Shown in pieces: positions 1-64,000 of a DNA stretch of 64,000 nt. A model generated the notes under the pieces. The model had not been told where the DNA came from and searched no databases. It saw only the letters and a list, made by a program, of their open reading frames with translations. Numbering within the stretch: position 1 is the stretch's first letter; the number at the start of each line of letters is the position of its first letter. The translations under genes were made by a program, and so were the position numbers. Source of the DNA: Octopus sinensis (taxonomy: Eukaryota); contig NC_042997.1 of NCBI RefSeq assembly GCF_006345805.1, forward strand, positions 210,366,001 through 210,430,000, given 5' to 3'.

Positions 1-99
1 AAACCAGTTAAGGCGATGCTGACATCGGCCACGTTCAGATGGTGCTTTTTACGTGCCACCGGCACTAGTATCACAACTACAATTTCCATTTGCTTTGGT

Positions 100-535
100 A
101 TAGACAACAATCAGATGTATTAGTTTAACGCTTGGGAAGTGAAAAGGTCTTTAACGTTTCGAGCCTACGCTCTTCCTCAGAAAGGAACACAGAAAGAAAC
201 AAGAAGAGAAAATAAAGAATGTGTAGTGGCTATCGGACTATCATGGGCGAATGCTGGACAGAGGGGTAAATGACAATAGGTAAAAGCAGAAAGTACCAAA
301 AGGTTAAGAGAAGTTCAAAAGATTCAAAGGCTTCAAACGTTGTGGTGTATTGGAGCGATTTCTCATCAACAGAAGAGTCCAGTGTAATCCATGGACAGGA
401 GAGGTGCAGCTGAAGCGTAGGAGAGTAGGAAATTCAGGTGGAGAATCCAGGTAGAATAGTCTGAAGTGTAGAAGGTGTAGAAAATCCATGAAAAGTTCAT
501 TGGGTTAAGAGGTGGAGACAGGATCAAACTGATAT
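100..535 (-). mobile_element. Decayed Penelope-like element 3' end / pseudo-LTR remnant
   Basis: Carries the HHR at 149-184. The segment 110-215 is shared with copies near 13400, 14010, 25900 and 29200. The adjacent purine-rich tract has no intact ORF. Confidence 0.45.
149..184 (-). ncRNA. Minimal type I hammerhead ribozyme motif (Penelope-type), core intact
   Basis: Minus strand reads CTTT-CTGAGGA-A-GAGC(gtag)GCTC-GAAA-CGT-T-AAAG: stem I CTTT/AAAG, stem II GAGC/GCTC, palindromic ACGT stem III, GUU cleavage site. Confidence 0.7.
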
Positions 536-711
536 GTATGTATGTATATATATGTGTGTATATATGTGTATGTATATATGTATGTGTGTATGTATATATG
601 TATCCTTAAATCCATAAAAATGTTTTAGCCCAAAGGCTGCGGCCATGCTGGGGCACCAATGTATATATATATGCGTGTGTGTATATATGTATATATATAT
701 ATGTATATATA

Positions 712-932
712 TATGAGGGGTGCTGAAAAGTTCCTGGCTTTGAGGATATCAAGAAAGGCATGGTTGGAGGCTCAACCTTCCGAGTTCTTCTACAGGGCTT
801 AGAAAAACTGAAGGACTGCTGCAATAAGTATGAATCTGGGAGGGGAATATGTTTAATAAGATCAGGATTAATTAATCCTTCTGTATTTTCTTTTACCCAA
901 AGCCAGGAACTTTACAGCTTCCCTTTGCATAT
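712..932 (+). mobile_element. Mariner/Tc1-derived MITE
   Basis: TA-TGAGGGGTGCTGAAAAGTTCCTGGCTTT ... AAAGCCAGGAACTTTACAGC inverted ends; internal remnant GLEKLKDCCNKY resembles the mariner transposase C-terminus. Confidence 0.65.
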
Positions 933-1238
933 ACAATGGGCTTCTTTCAGTTTCCTCACAATGCTTTTGTCAGGTTTGGGCTGAAGACATCCAAGGTGCC
1001 ATGCAGTGGGACTGAACTTGAAAACGTACGGTTTATTAAGATAAATATTTAACATGTCCCTATATAATCAAACACTCACTTATGATTTTTATAGGTTTGT
1101 ATAATGGGATGTTGTGATGTTCATGTTGTTTTCAAGGTAGTATCAGCAATATTCTTTCTTTGGAATTAAATCTGGTTACATCACTTTGTCTGTGTGTGTA
1201 CATATATTATATTGTATGTATAAATTCTAGATGTAGTT

Positions 1239-1810
1239 CATCATCATCATCGTTTAACATCCGTTTTCCGTGCTAGTATGGGTTGGATGGTTTGACCAGG
1301 GTCTGGGAAGCCAGGGGCTGCACCAGGCTCCAGTCTGATCTGGCAGTGTTTCTACAGCTGGATGCCCTTCCTAACGCCAACCACTCCGTGAGTGTAGTGG
1401 GTGCTTTTTACGTGCCAGTTGGTGCTTTTACGTGCCAGTCAGGCGATACTGGCAATGACCTCGCTCGAATCTTTTTACACATGCCAACAGCACAGGTGCC
1501 AGTAAGGTGAAACTGGTAATGATCCCGCTCAAATGGTGCCTCCTACATGCCACCGGCACGGAAGCCAGTAAGCCGCTCTGGCAACGATCACGCTTGGATG
1601 GTGCGCTTAGCACCCTACTAGCACGGGGCACAAGTGCCAGGAAGGCGAAGCTGGTAACGATCACACTCGAATGGTGCCTTTTATGTGCCACTGGCACGGA
1701 AGCCGGTTAGCTGCTCTGTCAGCGATCACACTCGTATGGTGCTCATGCCCGTCATCGAATTTCCCTTTGATTTCGATTTCACTTGCCTCAACAGGTCTTC
1801 GCAAGCAGAG
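1239..1810 (-). mobile_element. SINE family A ((GAT)n tail, internal ~55-65 bp repeats), representative copy
   Basis: Core catcatcgtttaacgtccg..ccatgctagcatgggttgg..gctggatgcccttcctaacgccaaccactc recurs more than 20 times on both strands, e.g. near 2915, 10167, 17422, 18935, 22064, 26630, 31058, 33487, 34682, 43080, 44267, 48120, 50275, 55524, 56585, 58262, 59475, 61085, 63240, 63780. Confidence 0.8.
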
Positions 1811-3662
1811 TTTAGTGTTCAAAGAAGGGAAAGGTACGCACAGGTGGGCTCTTGATGTTCTGAATTAAAATACCACCGAGACCAACATTGCATGTCTGTG
1901 AAAATTGCTCTGCTACATGTGGTGATGTTGCTGTCGTTTCTCCTGTCAAGGAATCATTTGCTGGCTTTGCACCTTTAAAGATGTGGGGGACAAGATATTC
2001 CTTACATTGTAAAACAGACGAGGGTCAATGACAGGAAGGGCATCCGGCTGTAAATAATTCCTCAATAATATAGTCCACTAACTCATGCTATCATGGTAAA
2101 AATGGATGTAAAAGCAAATGAACAACTATTTATACATATTTATAGACATGTATATAATTATATGTGTTGAGGTAAATTTTCTATGGCCAGATGCCCTTTC
2201 TGTCACCAACCTTCATCTATTTAATAGGAAGGTAACATCTCCCCATGGCCAGACAACTTTTACACAGAAGACTGGACACAAACAACACCGCTTGTATGAC
2301 AGTGGGGCTCACTTACAACCACCACATGGTGTCACGACAAGAATACACACACACTCTAAATGCACTCTCATGAGTAGGGTTATAGTAGGAGACGATTGCG
2401 CAAGATACCATGCTGTGGGACGGAACCGAAGATGACATAGTTCGGAAATCAGCTTCTAAACCACTTTGCCATTCCTGCACCTGTCCTCATTATTTTTATT
2501 ATTAATCTTATTATTCCAGCAATTAAGGCAGCAAGATGGCAGAAGGCCTGGAGGCATTTCTTCCAACCCATTATGTTCAGAGTTCAAATTCCACTGAGGT
2601 CAAATTTGTCTTTTATTCCTTGGGGATTGATAAAATATAGCCAGCTGTCAAGTACTGGGATGAATATATCAGTGGATAGCCCCCCCCCCCAGTCCCTTAA
2701 ATTTCAGGCTTTGTACCTCTGGTAGAAAGAATTATTTCAACAATTAGTAACAGTTTCATATTTAGGCACAAGGCCAGCAATTTTTCGGGGAAGGGGGGGG
2801 GGGTGACAGCAGTCACCCTAGTACTTGATTGGTTCTTTATTTTGTTGTTCCTGGAGTTGATGAAAGGAAAAGTTGACCTCGGCAGAATTTGAAGATCGTC
2901 ATCAGTGTTATCAGTGTTTTAACGTCTTTTCCATGCTGGCATGGGTCGGACAGTTTGACCGGAGACTGGCAAGCCAGGAGGCCGCACCAGGCTCCAGTCT
3001 GATATGGCAATGTTTCTACAGCTGGATGCCCTTCCTAATGCCGACCACTCTGAGAAATATCACTAAGCATTTTGCCCAAGTCTTTAATGATTCTGCTTAT
3101 CCAATGATTTGTTGAAATTTTGGCACAAGGCCAGCAATGTTTGTTGGGTGAAGGAAGGTGATTACATTGACCCCCCCCCCTTCACAGTACTCAGCTCATA
3201 CTTATTTTATCGACCCCAAAAGGATGAAAGGCAAAGTCAACTTCAGCAACATTTGAACTCAGAACATAAAAGCCAGAAGCCTCCATAAATAATAATAATA
3301 GTTATAAAGGTATCTATATTCAGTGCCACACATAAAATGCACTTGTGCCAGTGCCACACAGAAAGTGTCTATTCTGGTGCCATGCAAAAAGTACCCAGTT
3401 CACTCTGTTAAGTAGTTGGTGTTAGGAAAGGCAGGCATCCGGTCATAGAAACCATGTCCACCAGACCCTCTCAAACTGTCCAACCCATGCCAGCATGGAA
3501 AATTGACATTAAATGATAATGATGATCAACTAAATGCGGCTAAATGTGTGAAGAAACCAGAATATTTCATCTATTTTGTTGTTTTTTTTGTCTAAAATTT
3601 TCTATGAGAAAAAAAAAATCAAGAAATGATTAATTTTTTTGTTAATATTTGTCAGGTTTTCA

Positions 3663-57394
<53,732 letters not shown>

Positions 57395-57528
57395 AAGCAC
57401 CAAGTTTAGATGCAGTTGTTTATTTATTTTCTTCCATTTTCTCACTAAAGTTATTCAAAATTCTTCAGTGGAATTATTTTTTCATATGTACATAGCCAAC
57501 AACAACAACCACCACCACCATATATGGT

Positions 57529-57534
57529 AATAAA
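57529..57534 (+). promoter_or_regulatory. Candidate polyadenylation signal of RAD54B
   Basis: AATAAA about 135 nt after the stop codon, followed by T-rich sequence. Confidence 0.45.
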
Positions 57535-58129
57535 TACCCTGCGTTATTTCATCTCTTGTTTTATTGGTTTATTTTTTCATTAATGATAGTAAGGCGGCAA
57601 GCTGGCAGAACTGTAAGCACGCCGGGCGAAATGCGTAGCTGTATTTCGTCTGCTGTTACGTTCTGAGTTCAAATTCTGCCGAGGTCGACTTTGCATTTCA
57701 TCCTTTCGGGGTCGATAAATTAAGTACCAGTTACACACTGGGGTCGATGTAATCAACTTAATTCATTAATAAGGCGGCGAGCTGGCAGAAACGTTAGCAC
57801 GCCGGGTGAAATGCGTAGCCGTATTTCATCAACTGTTATGTTCTGAGTTCAAATCCTGCTGAGGTTGAAATTGCCTTTCATCCTTTCGGGGTTGATTAAA
57901 TAAGTACCAGTTATGCTCTGGAGTTGATGTAATCGACTTAATCCCTTTGTCTGTCCTTGTTTGACCCTTCTATGCTTAGCCCCTTGTGAGCAATAAAGAA
58001 ATAGACAATATTGTGTGTGTAGAGGATGCATGTTTTGTGAGTGTGTAGCTGGTGCACGTGCTTCTATGTGTGTTCTATGTATAGTCAGCTCCAGCTTGTG
58101 TCCGAGCATTGGGTTTGTCAGTTTCCATC

Positions 58130-58915
58130 CAGTCTCCTCGGATGATGTTTGTGCCAAATGTAAGTTTGGATTCCAAGTTGGTGGTGAAAGAATTGCAGGC
58201 AGAATTCGCACGGGATGGTCAGTACAGGTCAAGGATGTTGAAGATGCTCCTTTCTTCTGCGTATCCGATCGTGGCCGTTGCCAGCCTTGCCTGGCCCCCG
58301 TGCCGGTGGCACGTAAAAAGCACCATCCGACTGTGGCCGTTTGCCAGCCCTGTCTGGCACCTGTGCCGGTGGCACGTAAAAAGCACCTACTACACTCACA
58401 GAGTGGTTGGCATTAGGAAGGGCATCCAGCCGTAGAAACATTGCCAGATCAGACTGGGCCTGGTGCAGCCTTCTGGCTTCCCAGACCCCAGTTGAACCGT
58501 CCAACCCATGCTAGCATGGAAAGTGGACACTAAATGATGATGATGATGATGATTCTGTTGTCTGTTCTCCACGAAGGAGCTGGCTTCATTGCGGATAGCA
58601 GTCCTCCAGGCTGTCCTATCCATGACAATCTGTTCTCATGAGGATGTCTGGATGTTAGCTTGAGCCAAGGTTCGTTTGAGCTGGTCTTTAAAACAGAATT
58701 GCAAGTTCTCTGTAGAGCATGATCCTTGGGAGTCGAGAGGGCTCCATACACTGGATGTGACCAACCCATCGGAGACGATGGCAGAGAATGGTGGCTTCCT
58801 CACTTGGGAGTGAGGCACGGTGAAGAACCACGTTGTTGGTAACATGATCTTCCCATTGTATGTTGAGGATCTGTTGTAGCTTTGATTGCTGGAAGCATTC
58901 AAGGCGCTTGAAGTC
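58130..58915 (-). mobile_element. RTE (BovB-like) LINE 3' fragment interrupted by a SINE A (~58262-58552)
   Basis: Minus strand LECFQQSKLQQILNIQWEDHVTNNVVLHRASLPS..LRWVGHI..SRLPRIMLY..DRTAWRTAI..ENRQQ [SINE] RRRKEH..IPCEFCLQFFHHQLG. Confidence 0.7.
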
Positions 58916-61900
58916 ACAGTGGCATGTATAGATGTGCATGCATGTATGTGTGGATAAGTGAGTTTGTGTGTGTGTGTGTGGCTATAGATCTGCAGCAGAC
59001 CTTTTTGCTCCTACCCCACCCCATCACATCAGTCTGTAAAATCCTGCAATGGTTGATACCACCTGCCTCCTGGGGTTAATTAATAGTAAATATTTTTCCA
59101 GCTGCTATTTGGTGAATATGTCATAGAAATCAGGTGTAAAAAGAGAAAAAAAAACCAGGTCATGTAATGGCAGTAGAACATTTCACACAACCAACACTGG
59201 CACCGACCGACATTGATGAAGTCTGAAAGCAATAACAATCGGCTGGAATTGGTGGACAAGTCCACTTTGTTAAGGCCTTTGAGAAAATATTATGTGCAAC
59301 ACAGAAATATCAGAAACACAAATTTTAAAAGAGAGAGGACACTGCAACAAACTAAATCTAAACACAGTCTGTCGTTCTTGTAAGGATGTAAGCCATTATT
59401 GTCATCATTGTTATCATCGGTGTCATCATTTTCATTATCCTCATCATCACCATTATTGTCATCATCACAAAATCACATTCGATGACTGGCATCCGTACTA
59501 GCGGGGTGCAAAGAGCACCATACGAGTGTGATCATTGACAGAGTGGCTAACCGGCTTCCGTACCAGTGGCACATAAAAGGGCACCATTTGAGTGTGATCG
59601 TTACCAGTGTGCCTTACTGACACTTGTGCCCGTGCTAGTAGGGTGCCAAGAGCACCATCCGAGCGTGATCATTACCAACGTCACTTGACTGGCGCGTGTA
59701 AAAAGATTTGAGTGAGGTCGTTGCCAGTACTGCCTGACTGACCCCCGTGCCGGTAGCACGTAAAAAGCACCCATTGCACTCTCGGAGTGGTTGGCGTTAG
59801 GAAGGGCATCCAGCTGTAGAAACTCTGCCAGATCAAGATTGAAGCCTGGTGCAGCCATCTGGTTCGCCAGCCCTCATTCAAACCATCCAACCCATGCCAG
59901 CATGGAAAGCGGACGTTAAATGATGATGATGTTTTATTGAGGCAGCTCTTCTGCTGCTGGATATGCTTCCTGTCACCAACCCTCACTTGGTTCTGAACAA
60001 GGTAATATTCCCCCCCACCACCCATGGACAGACAGGTTCTTGCAGAACATTGGAAATGCACGACACTGCTTGTATAACAGTGACACTCATTTACAACAAT
60101 CAGACAATGTCAAGACATGGACACACACACACACAAACGCATACATGGTGATAGCACTATCTTCACAGATGGTTGCCGTCTCCTGTTTCCTGCTTATCAC
60201 TGGCATTTTTGACTCTTCATCCGTGACCTCCCCAATGACTATTCAGTCCCATTGCAGACCTGCATGGTTTGAAGCTGAGGTGACAGATGAAAGTTGTAAC
60301 TCAGTGTATGCTCCCAAGTGATAAGGTCTGCACACGTCACCATTCTTGCATTGCCTTGGGAACTTTCAGTAGATGGAAAGACAAATAAAGAGACATCTGT
60401 ACATCACTGGATCGTAAGGAGAAAGGACACTTGTACAATACTGGACAGCCCTCTCTGAGGAGTTTCTGTGATTAGTAGCTAGTGACAAGCTGAAGCGAGA
60501 TGACCAGTGATCACATGAAACAACAAGGCTTTACATCAAAATGTCCGTCCCCTAGAAGGATGCTGTGACAACAGCTAGGGATCCCTCGCTCCCAATGGTT
60601 TTGACTGCATACTCTGACACCAATTAGGGGTATTTCTGCATCCCCACATTGAAATGTCTTGTCATCACATATGCTAGTTAACACATAGCTGGGGCCTTGA
60701 CAGGGACTGCTTCATCCGGGACTGAGTAGATGTGGGAACAAAAGGTGGCAAAGAGGTGGTTCCACATTCCTCAAAACCCTGGAACTCCTGAATAAGAGCC
60801 CCTTAACTGGATGCAGTTGGAAGACACACACACACACAGTGGGCTTTCAGTTTCCATCTGTGGAATCCATTTAAAAGGCTTTGGGCAGCCCAGTGCCCTA
60901 GTAAGAGACACCTACCCAAGGTGCCATGCTGTGGAACCGAACCCAGAACCATGTGGTTGGAAAACAGCCACTTCTCTTCCTAGATACACAAAAGAAACTG
61001 TCAATATTTGAAGTGAAATACTTTCACAGAATTCTTGGGTTTTTTTTTTTTGTGCAATGATAAGGATTGACAGAATTGGTTGAGCATCATCATCATCATC
61101 ATCATCATTAAACATCCATTTTTGATGTTGGCATGGGTGGATGGTTTCACTGAAAACTGGTTAAGCTGGAGGAGCTGCACCTGGTTCCAATCTGATTTGG
61201 CATGGTTTCTATGGCTGGATGCCCTTACAAACGCCAACCACTCCAAGAGCATAGTGGGTGCATTTAATATGCCACTGGCACGGGTGCCAGTTATGTGACA
61301 CTGGAATTGGCCATGACTACAATCTCACTTCTTGACAGGTCATCTCAAGCATGGTATATTGCCAAAGGTCTCGGTCACTTTTCACTGTCTTTGTGAAGCC
61401 CAATGTTCAAATGGTGCCTTTTATGTCCCACTGGCACAGGTGCCAGTCAGATGGCACAGTCATTGGCCAGGACTACGACTTCACTTGGCTCGACAGGTCT
61501 TCTCAAGCACAGCATATTGCCCAATGTTTGAAGGGTGCTTTTTATGTGCCAGCTATGTGACACTGGCTTCAGCCACGACTACCATCTCGGCTTGATGGGT
61601 CTTCTCAAGCACAACATATGGCCAAAGGTCTCGGTTCCTTGTCATTGCCACATCAGAAGCAATGTCTTGGATTTCTTCTGACTCTTCATATTCTAAGTTC
61701 AAATCATACTGAGTTGAACTTTGGCTTTCATCCTTACAGGATCAACAAAATCAAGTACCAGTCATGTACTGGGGTTTTTGCCTCTTTGTCATTCTTAAAC
61801 CTTCAACACCTGGCATAAAGCCACCTCCGCCCCTCTCTGAAATACTCAGTCAAGGGGGGTGGGGGTGTTAGTCTTCATTTTGTGAGTTACAAGGTGACCT

Positions 61901-62734
61901 CATTAGGTGCCACAAAAGCAGAACGCTGTCCATGCCATAAAGGGGTTGGCATTAGGAAGGGCATCCAGCTGTGGCGACCATGCCTCAGTTGACATTGGGA
62001 CACAGTGCAGTTCTTTGGGTCATTGGATCCTCTTTCAAACTGTCCAACCCATGGCAACCTGGAAGACCGGTGTTAAACGAGGATGATACGAATGCTGGAC
62101 TGTGAAACTACGTATTGGTCAGTTCTAAAGTTGACCGTTACAACTGTAACAAGAACAAGAATATATTTTACCTTTTAACCACTCCAACCTCTTTGCGATC
62201 ATCAGCAGATACCTACCTCCACCCCGACCCCCATCTGCTATGCTATGGCCACATAAGCAATGAATGTAGGTACGACCCATGAAGGCCATGGCTGGATTTG
62301 ATCATTGAACACAAACAATTGCGATGAAATAATGTTCTCAAATATTGGTACAAAGCCTGAAATTTTGAGGGGGGGGATAGTTAATTAAATTGCCCCCCCC
62401 CCAGTGTCCATCTTGTAACTTCTCTGGGGAGAAGTTCCAACAAAATGAAATCTCCAAGAGGTTTAAATGCACGAGTCTCCAGTATCCAAGTGGATACAGC
62501 TCTGAGCACTAACGTAGCATGGGTGGGAGAGACCCTTGGCAATATACCGTGCTTATGTTGACCTGTGAAGCCAAGTGAGACCATAGTGGTAGCTGGTGCC
62601 AGTGTCAGGTTAGTGGCACCTGTGCCAGCATGGAAAGCAGACGTTAAACGATGCTGATGATGATGATGTCTGTTTTCACAGTGTTGTTCGAAGGAGATTT
62701 GCTCTTATTTGTTGAATAAAAATCTGCAATAATT

Positions 62735-63122
62735 GGGATGGAAGCACTCCGTCGGTTACGACGACGAGGGTTCCGGTTGATCCGATCAACGGAACAGCCT
62801 GCTCGTGAAATTAACGTGTAAGTGGCTGAGCACTCCACAGACACGTGTACCCTTAACGTAGTTCACGGGGATATTCAGCGTGACACAGAGAGTGACAAGG
62901 CCGGCCCTTTGAAATACAGGTACAACAGAAACAGGAAGTAAGAGTGAGAGAAAGTTGTGGTGAAAGAGTACAGCAGGGATCACCACCATCCCCTGCCGGA
63001 GCCTCGTGGAGCTTTTAGGTGTTTTCGCTCAATAAACACTCACAACGCCCGGTCTGGGAATCGAAACCGCGATCCTACGACCGTGAGTCCGCTGCCCTAA
63101 CCACTGGGCCATTGCGCCTCCA
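62735..63122 (-). mobile_element. tRNA-headed SINE family D, young copy with 20-bp TSD
   Basis: Minus-strand head ggaggcgcaatggcccagtggttagggcagcggactc..ggtttcgattcc; TSD aataaaaatctgcaataatt at 62715-62734 and 63123-63142. Older partial copies near 8781, 33300 and 54830. Confidence 0.85.
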
Positions 63123-64000
63123 AATAAAAATCTGCAATAATTATGCACCAACCCAATATGAATAAACGAAGTTTCAACAGTGTCAAAGTTCTCAAAAGGA
63201 ACAGAATGCGGGTGTGTGGGTGGATGTATGTTGAAATGAAAAGCACCCAGTGCACTCTCTAAAGTGGTTGGCATTAGGATGGGGCTCCAGCTGTAGAAAT
63301 CTTGCCAAAATAGATAGTAGTAGTGCTTGGTGCAGTCCTCTGGCTGGCCATCACCACTTAAACCATCCAACCCTTGCCTGCATGGATTATGGATGTTTAA
63401 TGATGCCACCACTGACGCTGACGATACATCTAGAGTCAAAGGAAGCAGTGTTAAAGTATAACCATGTTCCATGCTGTCGGTCATGCTCAGGTGGATCTAC
63501 TCAGGACTATTTTGTCCCTCCCACATCTGAATATACACGAAGGTGTTAAATAGAACTGGATGCACCAATATATAGACAGGCTGGCCCAAAAGTAGGTTTA
63601 CAATTATTCAACAATCTCTTTCACATTTATATATTAACTGTTTAGATCTTAACTATAAAAAGATATGAAACCATTATTCTTTGCTAATTTAATTAATTTT
63701 GTCAAGCTCCCTTTTCAGATTGGAAGATAGAAATTTAAATGTAATAAAATGTTTTAAAAGAAATTTAAAGTACCTCACCTGTGCTTGTGCCACGTAAAAG
63801 GCACTAAGTCCACTCTGCTAAGTGGTTGGTGTTAGGAAGGGCATCCAGCTGTAGAGACGTACCAAAACAGCCACAGAAGTCTGGTACAGGCTTCTGCCTG
63901 GGTGGTTCTTGTGAAACCATCCTATGCATGCTAGCATGGAAGGTGCACATTAAACAATGATGATGATATATATCATCATCATCATTTAATGTCCGCTTTC

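Noticed and set aside
1283-1868. Recurring ORFs such as FLQLDALPNANHSESVVGAFYVPP and MSSNARGTN (here and at many other loci)
   Set aside because: Chance translations of SINE A and SINE B, repeated wherever those elements occur.
59080-59265. Possible minus-strand terminal exon of a neighbouring gene (gctttcag acceptor)
   Set aside because: Short, no recognisable motif and no upstream exons identified in the window.
63040-63122. tRNA gene-like sequence, also at the SINE B and C heads
   Set aside because: A and B boxes are present, but they continue into SINE bodies flanked by TSDs and I could not build a proper cloverleaf.

Overview
Eukaryotic, AT-rich and very repeat-dense genomic DNA. The SINE and microsatellite families look like those of Octopus, which is an inference. 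The window holds one apparently complete + strand gene, RAD54B (SNF2-family recombination translocase). I assembled it by hand as 25 phase-compatible GT-AG coding exons from ATG 3663 to TAA 57394 (2781 nt, 926 aa). Almost all ORFs in the supplied track are artefacts of SINEs, microsatellites or intron read-through. The introns contain at least four SINE families, a full-length but frameshifted RTE LINE with a target-site duplication, RTE and CR1 fragments, non-autonomous Helitrons, mariner-, hAT- and piggyBac-type MITEs, a piggyBac transposase remnant and several minisatellites. The most unusual signal is a set of minimal hammerhead-ribozyme (HHR) motifs of the Penelope/retrozyme type. Two have intact cores and several are decayed. 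Two hairpin elements that look like MITEs are each built from two inverted hammerhead-like motifs. No prokaryotic-type systems, CRISPR arrays, rRNA genes or true tRNA genes were seen. All folds and alignments were done by eye, and repeat boundaries are approximate unless a TSD is given.
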